Below are positions 52,267 to 62,975 of a DNA stretch of 64,000 nucleotides, piece by piece (position 1 is the first letter of the stretch; each line of letters opens with the position of its first letter). Source of the stretch: Acidimicrobiia bacterium (GTDB lineage Bacteria > Actinomycetota > Acidimicrobiia > Spongiisociales > UBA5794); NCBI GenBank assembly GCA_041581135.1, contig JBFGCM010000006.1, forward strand, positions 4,482 to 68,481, read 5' to 3'. The notes beneath the pieces were generated by a model. It made no database searches. It was given only the letters and a program-made list of their open reading frames with translations, and was not told the origin of the DNA. The position numbers and the translations under genes were made by a program.

Positions 52267-53229
52267 GTGGCCCGCATCGCCCTCGATGCCATGGGCGGCG
52301 ACAAGGCGCCAGCCGAGACGGTCGCCGGTGCGATCGACGCCGCCGCCTCCGGGGCCGAGGTCGTGCTTGTCGGCGACGCTGACACGATCCGTCCGATGCT
52401 CGACGGCGCCGACATCGAGGTCGTGCATGCCGCAGAGGTCGTCGAGATGGGCGACGATCCGGCAACAGCGATCCGTGAGAAGAAGAACGCCTCCATCAAC
52501 GTCGCCGCCCGACTCGTGTCGTCCGGCCAGGCGTCGGGCATGGTGTCTGCCGGTTCGACCGGAGCGGCGCTCGCCGCGGCCGCATTCATCATCGGCCGGC
52601 TTCCCACCGTCGCCAGACCCGCCATCGGGTCGATCTTCCCGACGGGCCATGTGCTACTCGATGCGGGAGCGAACCTCGACGTCAAGCCGTCCCACCTGGC
52701 GCAATTCGCCGTCATGGGCTCGGTGCTCGCCGAGATCTATCTGCAGCGAGACGCGCCGCGGGTCGGCCTCCTGAACATCGGTGAGGAACGCGGCAAGGGA
52801 CGCCTACTGGAGAAGGAAGCGTTCGCCCTGCTCGAAGCGGCCCCGGTGAACTTCGTGGGGAATGCAGAAGGCCGTGACCTCGCCTCCAACGCCGTCGACG
52901 TGCTGGTGACCGACGGGTTCACCGGCAACGTGCTCTTGAAGGGCTCCGAGGGGATTGCTCGTGCGGTGGGCCGCATCATCGCCCAGCACCTCGCCGCCAT
53001 GCCGGCGTTGGCCGGCCACGTCGAGGCCATTCACCATGGCATGCAGGATGCCTTTCACACGCTCGATCCCGAGTCCTACGGCGGCGCACATCTCGTGGGC
53101 ACCCGCGGTGTGGTGGTGATCGCCCATGGGTCGTCCTCGCGGCGGGCCATCGCCAACGCCATCCGCATGGCGGCGGATGGCGCCGAGGCCGATCTGGTGG
53201 GGCGGATCGAAGCGGGGCTCGCGCCCTGA
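52267..53229 (+). CDS. plsX: Phosphate acyltransferase PlsX
   Basis: IALDAMGGDKAP, SAGSTGA, DGFTGNVLLK. Confidence 0.9.
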   Translation: MARIALDAMGGDKAPAETVAGAIDAAASGAEVVLVGDADTIRPMLDGADIEVVHAAEVVEMGDDPATAIREKKNASINVAARLVSSGQASGMVSAGSTGAALAAAAFIIGRLPTVARPAIGSIFPTGHVLLDAGANLDVKPSHLAQFAVMGSVLAEIYLQRDAPRVGLLNIGEERGKGRLLEKEAFALLEAAPVNFVGNAEGRDLASNAVDVLVTDGFTGNVLLKGSEGIARAVGRIIAQHLAAMPALAGHVEAIHHGMQDAFHTLDPESYGGAHLVGTRGVVVIAHGSSSRRAIANAIRMAADGAEADLVGRIEAGLAP

Positions 53230-53231
53230 TC

Positions 53232-53933
53232 GTGGAGGCGCTGCACACCCTCGAGTCGGCCGTGGGCCATGCGTTCGAGGATCCGTCGCTGCTGCGGTTG
53301 GCGGTCATCCATCGCTCGTATCTGGCCGAGCACGACGAGCCGGAGTCGTACGAGCGTTTGGAGTTCCTCGGTGATGCCGTGTTGCAGCTGTCGGTGACCG
53401 ACTACCTCTATCGGACGTTTCCCGACCTGCAGGAGGGGGAACTCGCCAAGGTCCGAGCCTCGGTGGTGAACGAGCGAGCACTCGCTCGGACCGCGCGGCG
53501 CTTCGGCGTCGACGATGCGTTGCTCCTCGGCAAGGGGGAAGAGCAGACCGGTGGCCGCACCAAGCCGTCGATCCTGGCGGACGCCATGGAGGCGATCCTC
53601 GGCGCCGTGTACCTCGACGGCGGCTTCGGAGTCGTCCGGGAGATCGTGATTCGCCATTGGTCGGAACTCATAGACGAGCGGGCGGTGACCCCCGGCCTCC
53701 GTGACTACAAGACCCGACTGCAGGAGACGCTTGCCCAGCGGTCGTTGCGGCCGGAGTACGACGTCACCGAGTCCGGGCCGGAGCACGCCAAGATCTTCGA
53801 GGCATCCGTGCACGCCAACGGGTTCTCGTTGGGGATCGGCGTGGGCACCTCCAAGAAGCGGGCCGAGCAGGAGGCCGCCCGTATCGCCTTCGAGAGCCTG
53901 GCGCGTCGCTTCGCCGACACGGACGATGCCTGA
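53232..53933 (+). CDS. rnc: Ribonuclease III
   Basis: YERLEFLGDAVL signature, ADAMEAILGAVYLDGG, C-terminal dsRBD (GPEHAKIF...GTSKKRAEQEAA). Confidence 0.9.
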   Translation: MEALHTLESAVGHAFEDPSLLRLAVIHRSYLAEHDEPESYERLEFLGDAVLQLSVTDYLYRTFPDLQEGELAKVRASVVNERALARTARRFGVDDALLLGKGEEQTGGRTKPSILADAMEAILGAVYLDGGFGVVREIVIRHWSELIDERAVTPGLRDYKTRLQETLAQRSLRPEYDVTESGPEHAKIFEASVHANGFSLGIGVGTSKKRAEQEAARIAFESLARRFADTDDA

Positions 53934-54756
53934 GCTTCCAGAGGTCGAGACCACCCGTCGCTGCGTCGAACCCGAGCTGCTGGGGGCGGTGATCACACGT
54001 GTCGAGGTCCGACGCGACCGCATGGTTCGGCGCCAGGCGCAACCGGCGGACTTCGAGCCGCGGCTGGTCGGCAGACGCGTGGTGGCGGTTGACCGGCACG
54101 GGAAGTTCTTGAAGGTGCGGCTCGACGACGACATGGTGTGGGTGACGCATCTGGGCATGTCCGGACGCGTGGCGATGGCTGATCGGGGCGATGACGAAGT
54201 ACCGCACACCAACGTGGTGGTGGGCTTGGACACGGGTCGCGAGTTTCGCCTCGTCGATCCGCGAACGTTCGGTTTCGTCGTGGCGTACACCCCCGATGAG
54301 CTGGTCGAGTCGCCTATGGGGCGCCTCGGACCGGATGCCTTCACTGCGCTGCCGGCGTCGCGTCAGCTCGCCGCCCGACTCGCCGGGCGCTCCGCACCAA
54401 TCAAGGCGTTGCTCCTCGACCAGTCCATCGTGGCCGGCATCGGCAACATCTATGCCGACGAGGCATTGCATCGGGCGAGCATCGCGCCGGAACGACCGGG
54501 AGGGTCGCTGGGCGTGGAGGAGATCAAGCGATTGCGCCGTGCTATTCGGGCCACGTTGGAGGCCGGTCTGCGCTGGGGCGGCACGAGCCTCGACGACCTG
54601 GCCTATCTGTTGCCGGACGGTCGTGCCGGCGAGTTCGTGGCACGATTGCGCGCGTACGGGAGGACGGGGGAGCCCTGCCGGCGGTGCGGAACCCCGATCG
54701 TCTCCACCGTGCTCCGCCAACGGAGCACGCACTGGTGTCCGCGCTGCCAGACTTGA
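53926..54756 (+). CDS. mutM: Formamidopyrimidine-DNA glycosylase
   Basis: ATG at 53926, MPELPEVETTRR. GIGNIYADEALH, and a C-terminal zinc finger CRRCGTPIV...HWCPRCQ. Overlaps the rnc stop by 8 nt. Confidence 0.9.
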   Translation: MPELPEVETTRRCVEPELLGAVITRVEVRRDRMVRRQAQPADFEPRLVGRRVVAVDRHGKFLKVRLDDDMVWVTHLGMSGRVAMADRGDDEVPHTNVVVGLDTGREFRLVDPRTFGFVVAYTPDELVESPMGRLGPDAFTALPASRQLAARLAGRSAPIKALLLDQSIVAGIGNIYADEALHRASIAPERPGGSLGVEEIKRLRRAIRATLEAGLRWGGTSLDDLAYLLPDGRAGEFVARLRAYGRTGEPCRRCGTPIVSTVLRQRSTHWCPRCQT

Positions 54757-54773
54757 GCGCCTGGAGGTGTCCT

Positions 54774-55073
54774 ATGGGACCGGACGAGCAGCCAACCCCA
54801 AGGACCGTCGCCGTCAGAGGCGTGGTGCGGGGCCGCGTGCAAGGTGTCGGATTCCGCTACTACGCCCATCGTGAGGCGCTGCGCCATGGGGTGGTGGGTT
54901 GGATCGCGAACCGCGCCGACGGCTCGGTGGAGTTCGTCGCCCAGGGCACGCCGCGCGCGCTGAGCGCGTTTCGCGCCTTCCTGGAGCGCGGGCCCTCCCA
55001 CGCCAACGTCGCAGGTCTCACGTGGGAGAGCCACGAGGTTGACGCCGGCTTGACCGGCTTTGCCGCGAGATAG
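54774..55073 (+). CDS. acyP: Acylphosphatase
   Basis: VRGRVQGVGFRYYA and GWIANRADGSVE motifs. ATG at residue 31 of the track ORF. Confidence 0.85.
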   Translation: MGPDEQPTPRTVAVRGVVRGRVQGVGFRYYAHREALRHGVVGWIANRADGSVEFVAQGTPRALSAFRAFLERGPSHANVAGLTWESHEVDAGLTGFAAR

Positions 55074-55161
55074 CCCCATCTGACGGCGCCAGGTCCGATG
55101 GAGCGCCGGCGGGCGGATGATTACATATTTGTAGTTCGGCCCGTGATAACCTGCGCCCGCT

Positions 55162-58100
55162 TTGTATCTGAAGACACTCTCCGTTGTCGGCTTCAAGTCG
55201 TTCGCGGACAGAACGCGCCTCGAGTTCGAGCCCGGTGTCAACGTGATCGTTGGCCCCAACGGGTCCGGAAAGTCCAACCTGCTCGATGCCCTCGCCTGGG
55301 TGATGGGGAGTCGTGCCACGCGCATGCTGCGCACCCAACAGATGGACGATGTGATCTTCGCCGGTACCGCGACGCGTCCGGCGTTGGGACGTGCCGAGGT
55401 CAAACTCACCTTCGACAACGCAGAGGGGATGCTCGACGTCGACCTGCCCGAGGTCCGGTTCACCCGCCGGCTGTACCGGGATGGGACGTCGGAGTACGAG
55501 CTCAACGGCACGTCGTGCCGGCTGTTGGATCTCCAAGAGCTCCTGTCCGACAGCGGCGTCGGGCGTCATCAGCATGTGCTCGTTGGCCAGGGTCAGATCG
55601 GTGACATCCTCAACTCGCGTCCGGACGAGCACCGCACGGTGATCGAAGAGGCGGCCGGCATCACCAAGCATCGCAGCCGGCGCGACCGCTCGGTCCGTCG
55701 TCTCGAACAGACCGCGGTCGACGTGACCCGTCTGGAGGACATTCTCGACCAGCAACGCCGGCGCATGCGTCCCCTGAAGCGCCAGGCCAAGGCGGCGGAG
55801 CGATACGACTCGGTCCGTGCCCAGGCCCGGGCCCTCCGACTCTGGCTCGGGGGTAAAGAGCTGACACGGCTCGTCACGCGGCTCGGCGAGGCGGAGCGGG
55901 AGAAGGCGGAGCTCTCCGCTGCGGTCCAGTACGACGAGCGCGCACTCGCCGAGATCGTGGCCTCCCTGGGGGGTTTGCGCTCCGCAGCCGGCGAGGTGGG
56001 TCGATCCCTGGAACGGGACACCGCTGCGGCGGCGCGGCTCGAGACGACCGCAGAACGGCTCAATCGCATCGGGCTGGTGAGCAGAGAGCGTCGACTGGCG
56101 CTCGAGAGTCGGATGGCCGGGGCCGATGATCGGCGTCGTGACCTCGCAGCGGAGCAGGAGGACCTCGCCGAGCAGATCGAAGAGACCCGCCGCGCCGAAG
56201 CCGCCGCCAGGTCCCTCGTCGAACGCACCGAAACGGCGCTCCTGGCACTGGAGGACGAGGAGCGTGCTCTCGCCGAACAGATCCAGCTTCCGGCCGAGTC
56301 GCTCGTCGCCACGCTGCGAGGTGACCTCCGTGCGTTGGAGACGGCCGCTGAGCGAGATCGCAGAGAGGCAGAAGGCATCCGCAAGCGCCGTGAGGTCGTG
56401 GTGGCGCGGCTCGAGGAGGAAGCCGCCGAACAATCGCGCATCACCGCTGACATCCAGACCATCGACATCGAGGTGGCCGACGCCCAGGACGAGTACCACC
56501 AATCGAGCGAGGGCCGGGAGCGGGCGCAGGCGGCGTGGGAACAAGCCGACGCGGTAGCCCGGGAGGCCGGACTCGACCACGCCAAGGCGGCGGCTCGCGT
56601 CGAGGCCATTCGCCACGCGCTGGACGGCCTGGGTGACCCGGAGGCACGGCGCCGCGCCGCAGAGGCCCAGGAGGTGGTCGGCACTCTCGTTTCCAGCCTC
56701 GATGTGCCCGAGGACGTAGCAGCTGCGGTCGACGCCGCTCTCGGGTGGTGGAGCGACGCGTATGTCACCTCGGGCAGTCATGGTCTCACCGACCTCGTCG
56801 CCACCCTCAAGTCCGAGGGATACGGCGGTGTGCGGCTCGTCTCCGAGGGATCGGACGCGCCAGGGGACGCCCCGGCGCACGCCGTGGCCGAGTCCTGGGG
56901 GGTGGAAGCCCTGATCGACCGGCTCGGGGGCGACGCCAACCGGCACCTGGCGCACGCCCTGGTGGGTGACGTGGTCCTCATCGAAGGTTGGTCGTCGGCA
57001 TGGTCCGTCGTGCAGCGTTCGCCCCACATCCGGGCAGTGACGCCTGAAGGCGATCTCGTCACGGCTCACGGGATCGTCCTCGCCGAAGCCGATGGTGCCG
57101 GACCGGCCGCACTGGAGGCCGCCGTCGTCATGCTCGAACAAGCCGATCGGGAGCTGGCCCGCGCCGCAAGTCGCCAGCTGTCGACCCGACGTGACTTCGA
57201 GGCAAGCCGCCAGGAAGAACGCGAACGCTTGGAGCGCCTCGAGGCTCTGGAGACGCGCCTGGCCGGCACTGCCGAAGCCATGGCGCTGCTGGGTCGGGCC
57301 CGGGCAGAAGGAGCTGCCGAGATCGAACGGCTCGATGATCGATTGCGCGGTCTCCAAGAAGCGGCCACGGTCCGGGACGAGCGTATTGCCGAGCTTCGGG
57401 CCCGCGTCGCCGAGTTCGAGGGCGAAGAGGCGGCCCGCCAGGAGGCATGGGAGGCCTTGAACCGCCGTCGCGAGGACGTGGCGCGACGTACGGATCAGGC
57501 ACGTCGCGAGCATCAGACGGCGGCCGGACAGCTGGCCGCAGCCGCCGAGCGCGCCAAGGTGCTCGAGTCTCGCTTGGGGACGACTGCCACCGAGCTGGCC
57601 GGGCTCGATGTCGCTCCCGTGGACCCGCACGAGATCGCCAGGCTTGCCGACATCGAAGAGCGCGCCCGCCGTGCCGTACACCATGTGCGCAGCCACGTGA
57701 CTTCGCTCCGGGGCCGGCAACGGGAGCTGCGGGAGCGTTCCGGCGCCGCAGACGAACGTCTCGAGGTGGCCTACGAGGAGCAACGCGATGTCGACGAGCG
57801 GCTGACTGCCGGCCGGACGAAGCTGTCCGCGCTGGCCATCGAACTCGCCGAACTGCGTGTGCGACGCGAGGCCGTCGCCGAGGCGTTGCGACGTGATGTC
57901 GATGCAGACGAAGACCAGGCCATGCAGGCGCCGATGCCCGAGCTGGAAGATGATGTCGATCCCGACGAGCGCCTCACGGCACTGGAGGCAGACCTGCGCC
58001 GCATGGGTGCGGTGAACCCACTCGCCGCCGCCGAGTACCGAGAGTTGGAGGAACAGGTCCTGCTGCTCGAGTCCCAGCTGGCCGACCTCGAAGAGAGCCG

Positions 58101-58608
58101 GCGGGATCTGCGCAAGGTCATCGCAACGCTCGACGAGGAGATGGCCAACCTGTTCGTGGCCGCCTTCGATGAGATCTCGGAGCTGTTCGCCGAGAACTTC
58201 GGTCTTGTCTTCCCCGGCGGAATCGGTCGATTGCGGCTCACGGAGCCCGACCAACCCCTCACGTCCGGTGTTGAGATCGAGGCGCAGCCGCACGGCAAGA
58301 AGGTCGGAAGGCTCAGCCTGCTCAGTGGCGGTGAGCGAGCGCTCGCCGCGCTCGCCTTTCTGTTCGCGGTGTTTCGAGCCCGGCCCAGCCCGTTCTACGT
58401 CCTCGACGAGGTTGAGGCGGCTCTTGACGACTCGAACTTGCGTCGCTTCCTCCGGCTCGTCGACACTCTGCGTACGTCTGCGCAGCTGGTCATCATCACC
58501 CACCAGCAGCAGACCATGGAAGCTGCCGATATCCTGTACGGGGTGACCATGGAGCCTGGCGAGTCATCGAAGGTCGTTTCCAAGCGATTGGCCCCTGCCA
58601 GGGCTTGA
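55162..58608 (+). CDS. smc: Chromosome segregation protein SMC
   Basis: TTG start. MYLKTLSVVGFKSFADRT, GPNGSGKSNLLDAL, long coiled coils with central hinge, LSGGERALAALAFLFA, YVLDEVEAALD. Confidence 0.95.
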   Translation: MYLKTLSVVGFKSFADRTRLEFEPGVNVIVGPNGSGKSNLLDALAWVMGSRATRMLRTQQMDDVIFAGTATRPALGRAEVKLTFDNAEGMLDVDLPEVRFTRRLYRDGTSEYELNGTSCRLLDLQELLSDSGVGRHQHVLVGQGQIGDILNSRPDEHRTVIEEAAGITKHRSRRDRSVRRLEQTAVDVTRLEDILDQQRRRMRPLKRQAKAAERYDSVRAQARALRLWLGGKELTRLVTRLGEAEREKAELSAAVQYDERALAEIVASLGGLRSAAGEVGRSLERDTAAAARLETTAERLNRIGLVSRERRLALESRMAGADDRRRDLAAEQEDLAEQIEETRRAEAAARSLVERTETALLALEDEERALAEQIQLPAESLVATLRGDLRALETAAERDRREAEGIRKRREVVVARLEEEAAEQSRITADIQTIDIEVADAQDEYHQSSEGRERAQAAWEQADAVAREAGLDHAKAAARVEAIRHALDGLGDPEARRRAAEAQEVVGTLVSSLDVPEDVAAAVDAALGWWSDAYVTSGSHGLTDLVATLKSEGYGGVRLVSEGSDAPGDAPAHAVAESWGVEALIDRLGGDANRHLAHALVGDVVLIEGWSSAWSVVQRSPHIRAVTPEGDLVTAHGIVLAEADGAGPAALEAAVVMLEQADRELARAASRQLSTRRDFEASRQEERERLERLEALETRLAGTAEAMALLGRARAEGAAEIERLDDRLRGLQEAATVRDERIAELRARVAEFEGEEAARQEAWEALNRRREDVARRTDQARREHQTAAGQLAAAAERAKVLESRLGTTATELAGLDVAPVDPHEIARLADIEERARRAVHHVRSHVTSLRGRQRELRERSGAADERLEVAYEEQRDVDERLTAGRTKLSALAIELAELRVRREAVAEALRRDVDADEDQAMQAPMPELEDDVDPDERLTALEADLRRMGAVNPLAAAEYRELEEQVLLLESQLADLEESRRDLRKVIATLDEEMANLFVAAFDEISELFAENFGLVFPGGIGRLRLTEPDQPLTSGVEIEAQPHGKKVGRLSLLSGGERALAALAFLFAVFRARPSPFYVLDEVEAALDDSNLRRFLRLVDTLRTSAQLVIITHQQQTMEAADILYGVTMEPGESSKVVSKRLAPARA

Positions 58609-59658
58609 GTGACCATCCAGCCTGAGGAGTTCGTCTTGGATCTCGTCGTCATCGCCCTGATCGTCGCCGCCGTACTGATGGTGACGGTGGTCGGCGTCGT
58701 CGCGACGCGTCGTCGTTCCACGCCGACCGACGTCGTCGCTCCGACCCGCGCCCCTGCACCCGCCCCTGCGGCTCCGAGTCGGCTGCGGGACCGTCTCGCC
58801 AAGAGTCGGCGGGCGCTGGGAGACCGCGTCGGGGCGCTGCTCAGCCGTGACTCGTTCGACTCGGAGTTCTGGTTGGAACTCGAGGAGAGCCTCATCGCGG
58901 TCGATGTCGGTGTGGCGGCGGCGTCGGACGTGGTGGCCAAGGTGAGAGCCGAGGGGCCCGTCGATGCCGAGGCGGCCCGGGCGGCGCTCGAGAGCCAGCT
59001 CGAGGCTCTGTTTGCAGGCAAGGACCGCTCGCTGCACCACACGACCTCTCCCTCCGTGGTGCTCATAGTGGGTGTCAACGGCACGGGGAAGACGACCTCC
59101 ATCGCCAAACTCGCAGCGAGGCTCCAGGCGGCCGGGCACTCGGTGGTTCTCGGGGCGGCCGATACGTTCCGAGCCGCGGCCGATGAGCAGCTGCGAACCT
59201 GGGCCGAACGGGTGGGCGTGCGTGTGGTCTCAGGAGTGAGTGGGGCCGACCCGGCATCGGTGGCGTTCGATGCGTTGGACCTGGCTCGCTCCGAAGGCGT
59301 GGACGTCGTCATCGTGGACACGGCGGGCCGCCTCCAGTCGAAGGCCAACCTCATGGACGAGCTCTCGAAGATCGCCCGCGTGTTGCGCCGCGAGGCGGGC
59401 GCCATCGACGAGGTGCTGCTCGTCCTCGACGGGACCACCGGGCAGAACGCGCTGTCCCAGGCCGCAGCGTTCACCGAAACAGTGGGCGTGTCCGGAGTGG
59501 TGCTGACCAAACTCGATGGAACCGCCAAGGGCGGGATCGCCGTCGCCGTGGAGCGGGAGCTCGACATTCCGGTGAAGTTCATCGGGGTCGGCGAGGGTCT
59601 CGACGACCTGCTCCCGTTCGATCCGCACGAGTTCATCGACGCCCTGTTGGGCGAGTGA
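58609..59658 (+). CDS. ftsY: Signal recognition particle receptor FtsY
   Basis: N-terminal TM/basic region. GVNGTGKTTSIAKLA, DTFRAAA, DTAGRL, TKLDGTAKGG. Confidence 0.9.
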   Translation: MTIQPEEFVLDLVVIALIVAAVLMVTVVGVVATRRRSTPTDVVAPTRAPAPAPAAPSRLRDRLAKSRRALGDRVGALLSRDSFDSEFWLELEESLIAVDVGVAAASDVVAKVRAEGPVDAEAARAALESQLEALFAGKDRSLHHTTSPSVVLIVGVNGTGKTTSIAKLAARLQAAGHSVVLGAADTFRAAADEQLRTWAERVGVRVVSGVSGADPASVAFDALDLARSEGVDVVIVDTAGRLQSKANLMDELSKIARVLRREAGAIDEVLLVLDGTTGQNALSQAAAFTETVGVSGVVLTKLDGTAKGGIAVAVERELDIPVKFIGVGEGLDDLLPFDPHEFIDALLGE

Positions 59659-60068
59659 TGACTCACCACGTGCCAGGCGACGCGGAGCTCATGGCTGCCG
59701 CGATGGAGGCGGCGCAGCGCGCCTACGCTCCCTATTCGCGGTTCCAGGTGGGTGCGGTGGTGGTGACAGAGGACGGCTCCGTGGTCTCGGGAGCGAACGT
59801 CGAGAATGCCGCCTACGCCTCGACGCTGTGTGCCGAGGCCGTTGCCATCGGTGCCGCCGTCGCCGCCGGCGCCCGCAACCTCGTGACGGTCGCCGTTGCC
59901 TGCCTCTCTGGTGAGCGCTGTTACCCGTGTGGCCAGTGCCGCCAGCGCATGCGGGAGTTCGGCGTGGAACGGGTCATCGTGCGTGATGGTGCCGGCGGCA
60001 CCCGCAGCCACTCCCTCGAGGAGCTCTTGCCAGAGGCCTTCGGTCCCGAAGACCTCGCTCGCGGCTAA
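59655..60068 (+). CDS. cdd: Cytidine deaminase
   Basis: AYAPYSRFQVGA, CAEAVAI (zinc-ligand/catalytic CAE motif), PCGQCRQ zinc ligands. ATGA overlap with ftsY. Confidence 0.85.
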   Translation: MMTHHVPGDAELMAAAMEAAQRAYAPYSRFQVGAVVVTEDGSVVSGANVENAAYASTLCAEAVAIGAAVAAGARNLVTVAVACLSGERCYPCGQCRQRMREFGVERVIVRDGAGGTRSHSLEELLPEAFGPEDLARG

Positions 60069-60457
60069 GGCGCCGGCTGGACGCTGAGACGTCCCTCCAT
60101 CCCTGACTCCAGATGGCCGGGAATGGAGCAGATGACCTGATAGTCGCCGGGCGGAGGCACGGCTAACTGCGCGCTGGCGGTCTCACCGACGGGGATGTTC
60201 ATCTCGAACAGCATGTCGCCGGCGGCAACGTCGTCCACCGAGGCCACCGCCACCCCGGCGTCGAGCACGACCCAGGTGTGCGGGGTGTTGCCGGCGTTGC
60301 TGACGTTCACCGTGACGGTGGTGCCGTCCACTGGCTGCCACAGGTCGCCGTCGAAGGTGAAATCCCGAGCGATGATGTCGAACTCGGTGGGCGGTGGCGC
60401 AGCTTCGCCGCTGCAACCGATGACGAGCACGAGCGCGGCCGCCCCGAGCCGCTTCAC
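60065..60457 (-). CDS. Cupredoxin (plastocyanin/azurin-like blue copper) lipoprotein
   Basis: Lipobox LVLVIGCSG. Type-1 Cu ligand pattern H (NTPHTW) ... C-x4-H-x4-M ([11 protein letters not shown]). GTG start overlaps the glgC stop (GTGA). Confidence 0.7.
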   Translation of the reverse strand: MKRLGAAALVLVIGCSGEAAPPPTEFDIIARDFTFDGDLWQPVDGTTVTVNVSNAGNTPHTWVVLDAGVAVASVDDVAAGDMLFEMNIPVGETASAQLAVPPPGDYQVICSIPGHLESGMEGRLSVQPAP

Positions 60458-61689
60458 GTCGTGACGGTGGCGCCCTTACCGATCACCACGACACCGCCGT
60501 CGGTGACCGTGAACCGTTCTCGATCACGGTCGAGGTCCACTCCGATCTGGGCCCCTTCGGGGACATGCACGTTCTTGTCGATGATGGCGCGGCGTACCAC
60601 CGCACCTCTTCCGACGTCTACGCCGTCGAAGAGCACCGAGTTGGACACCTCGGCGTACGAGTGCAGGTGAACCCCTGGGCTCACGACCGACCCGCGCAGC
60701 GTGGCGCCTGAGATGATGGCGCCGGCGGACACCATCGAGTCGATGGCGACACCTCGGCGATCCGGCTCGTCGATGACGAATTTGGCCGGCGGCAGCGGGG
60801 GATGGTGCGTGTAGATGGGCCACTCGTCGTTGTAGAGGTCGAAGATCGGTTCCACCGCGATCAGGTCCATGCTGGCGTCGTAGTAGGCGTCGACACTCCC
60901 GACGTCGCGCCAGTAGCCCCGCTCGCGGTCGCTCTGGCCGGGCACCTGGTTCTGGCTGAAGTCGTAGACGAACCCCTCCTGGCGGGCGACCAGGGCCGGG
61001 ATGAGATCGCCCCCGATGTCGTTGCGCGAGTCGGGCTTCGTGGCGTCGACGCCCACCGCCTCGACGAGGAGCTTCCGGGAGAACACATAGTTGCCCATCG
61101 ACACGTACGCCATGGATGGGTCGTCGGGCAGGCTGGAGGGGTTCTTTGGCTTCTCGTGGAAGCCGAGGATCTGGCCCTTGGCATCGGCTTCGATGACGCC
61201 GAAGGCCGATGCCTGTTCCACCGGCACCCGCAGGCCGGCAACGGTGACGCCGGCGCCGGACTCGATGTGCGCCGCCACCATCTGGCGGGGATCCATCCGG
61301 TAGACGTTGTCGGCCCCGAAGACGATCACGTAGTCAGGGTCCTCATCACGAATGAGGTTGAGGTTCTGCCAGATGGCGTCGGCGGAGCCCGAGAACCAGT
61401 GCGGTCCCCGCCGCATCTGCGCCGGCACCGGCGAGACGTAGTTGCCGAGCAGGGTCGACATCCGCCAGGTGAGCGAGATGTGTCGGTCGAGGCTGTGGCT
61501 CTTGTACTGGGTGAGCACGGCGATGCGGCGATAGCCACCGTTGGTGAGGTTGGAGAGTACGAAGTCGATGATCCGGTAGATGCCGCCGAAGGGGACCGCG
61601 GGCTTGGCCCGGTCTGCCGTGAGCGGCATGAGCCGCTTGCCTTCGCCCCCGGCGAGCACCAGGGAGAGTATGTGGGGATGCGTTCGCAC
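60454..61689 (-). CDS. glgC: Glucose-1-phosphate adenylyltransferase
   Basis: [41 protein letters not shown], and a C-terminal left-handed beta-helix region. Confidence 0.9.
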   Translation of the reverse strand: MRTHPHILSLVLAGGEGKRLMPLTADRAKPAVPFGGIYRIIDFVLSNLTNGGYRRIAVLTQYKSHSLDRHISLTWRMSTLLGNYVSPVPAQMRRGPHWFSGSADAIWQNLNLIRDEDPDYVIVFGADNVYRMDPRQMVAAHIESGAGVTVAGLRVPVEQASAFGVIEADAKGQILGFHEKPKNPSSLPDDPSMAYVSMGNYVFSRKLLVEAVGVDATKPDSRNDIGGDLIPALVARQEGFVYDFSQNQVPGQSDRERGYWRDVGSVDAYYDASMDLIAVEPIFDLYNDEWPIYTHHPPLPPAKFVIDEPDRRGVAIDSMVSAGAIISGATLRGSVVSPGVHLHSYAEVSNSVLFDGVDVGRGAVVRRAIIDKNVHVPEGAQIGVDLDRDRERFTVTDGGVVVIGKGATVTT

Positions 61690-61757
61690 GAGGGCAAGTT
61701 AGTCAGTTCCGGTAGGTGTGACTCAAGCCGTCGACGCAGCATGCCGATATCGCGTCG

Positions 61758-62027
61758 ATGGCCACATACCGAGAGCACATGGAGTGGGAGAGCTCCACGC
61801 GGCGCCTGATCGTCCTCGGACTCGGATGGGCGCTCGCCGCTATCGGGCTCGTGGTCATCGCGCTCGGACTGTTCACCGGCAACTCCTACATCGCCATTGC
61901 CGGCGTTGTCACCGCCGTGCTGGCGGCGTTGTTGGCGGTAGTGGTGCCCGAGCCCACGGCGGTCCCGCCCCAAGACAGGGCGGAGTCGGTCATCACCGAG
62001 CGGTCGCGCCGCCGGATGGCCGCCTAG
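61758..62027 (+). CDS. Small membrane protein (89 aa, 2 TM helices)
   Basis: Two hydrophobic helices ([23 protein letters not shown]; [19 protein letters not shown]). No known motif. Confidence 0.4.
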   Translation: MATYREHMEWESSTRRLIVLGLGWALAAIGLVVIALGLFTGNSYIAIAGVVTAVLAALLAVVVPEPTAVPPQDRAESVITERSRRRMAA

Positions 62028-62974
62028 CCGCGAGCCTTCAGCGCCTCCACCAGCGCCGGGATGACCTTGTGCACGTCACCGACGATGCCGAGATCGGATA
62101 CCCCGAAGATCGGCGCCTCTGCGTCCTTGTTGATGGCGATGATGGTGCCTGAGTCCTTCATCCCCACCAGGTGCTGCATCGCGCCCGAGATGCCGCAGGC
62201 AACGTAGACGTTCGGCTTCACCGTCTTGCCGGTCTGGCCCACCTGCATGGCATACGGGACCCACCCGGCGTCGACGACGGCCCGGGTGGCCCCCACCGCG
62301 CCGCCGAGAAGCTCGGCGAGCTGGTCCAGCAGCGAGAAGTGCTCCGCAGCTCCGAGGCCGCGTCCCCCCGAGACCACGATGTCTGCCGCCTCGAGATCGG
62401 GACCCTCGCTGATCTCGGCATGGCGCTCGACGATGATGGCCGAGGACTCGGTGGCGGGGAGGTCCACCGTCACCACCTCCGGCGTGGCGGCATCCCCGGG
62501 CTCGGCGACGAACGCCTTCTGCCGTACAACGACGATCGCCGGCGCATCGGCCTTCACCTGGGTCACGACTCGGGTCGTGCCTCCGAGGATCTCATTGACC
62601 ACCGAGACGGTGCCCCCGTCGGTGCTCACGTCGACGGCATTCGACAGGACGGGCCGGTCGAGGCGAGCCGAGAGACGCCCGGCAACGTCGCGGTCGGTGG
62701 CCGCCAGGCCGAACAGGAGCAGATCGGGCGCATGTGCGGCCACCAGCTCGGCTAGGGCGGCGGCAACCGCCGCGGCGGGCAACTCGTCACCGGGTGCCAT
62801 GTGGAACACCCGCTGTGCGCCGTGGGCACCGAGCTGGGCGAAGGCGTCGTCCCCGCCTGGCCCCACGTAGATGGCGGCGACGTCACCGTCGAGGCTACGA
62901 GCTTTGGTGAGCATCTCCAGCGCAGAAGCGCTGGGGTGACCGTTCACTTCTTCGGCAAACACCCATGTGGACAT
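62024..62974 (-). CDS. etfA: Electron transfer flavoprotein alpha subunit
   Basis: C-terminal FAD-binding signature [28 protein letters not shown]. Confidence 0.9.
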   Translation of the reverse strand: MSTWVFAEEVNGHPSASALEMLTKARSLDGDVAAIYVGPGGDDAFAQLGAHGAQRVFHMAPGDELPAAAVAAALAELVAAHAPDLLLFGLAATDRDVAGRLSARLDRPVLSNAVDVSTDGGTVSVVNEILGGTTRVVTQVKADAPAIVVVRQKAFVAEPGDAATPEVVTVDLPATESSAIIVERHAEISEGPDLEAADIVVSGGRGLGAAEHFSLLDQLAELLGGAVGATRAVVDAGWVPYAMQVGQTGKTVKPNVYVACGISGAMQHLVGMKDSGTIIAINKDAEAPIFGVSDLGIVGDVHKVIPALVEALKARG

Positions 62975-62975
62975 C

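Noticed and set aside
55100-55161. AT-rich patch (GATGATTACATATTTGTAGTTCGG) upstream of smc as a defined promoter
   Set aside because: It is plausibly the smc promoter region, but I could not place a convincing -35/-10 pair with proper spacing, so it is not reported as a feature.
55018-58503. 1161-aa ORF antisense to smc
   Set aside because: It lies exactly opposite an unambiguous SMC gene. The sequence is Arg/Gly/Leu/Pro-rich with no motifs. Long antisense ORFs are expected in roughly 70% GC DNA because stop codons are rare.
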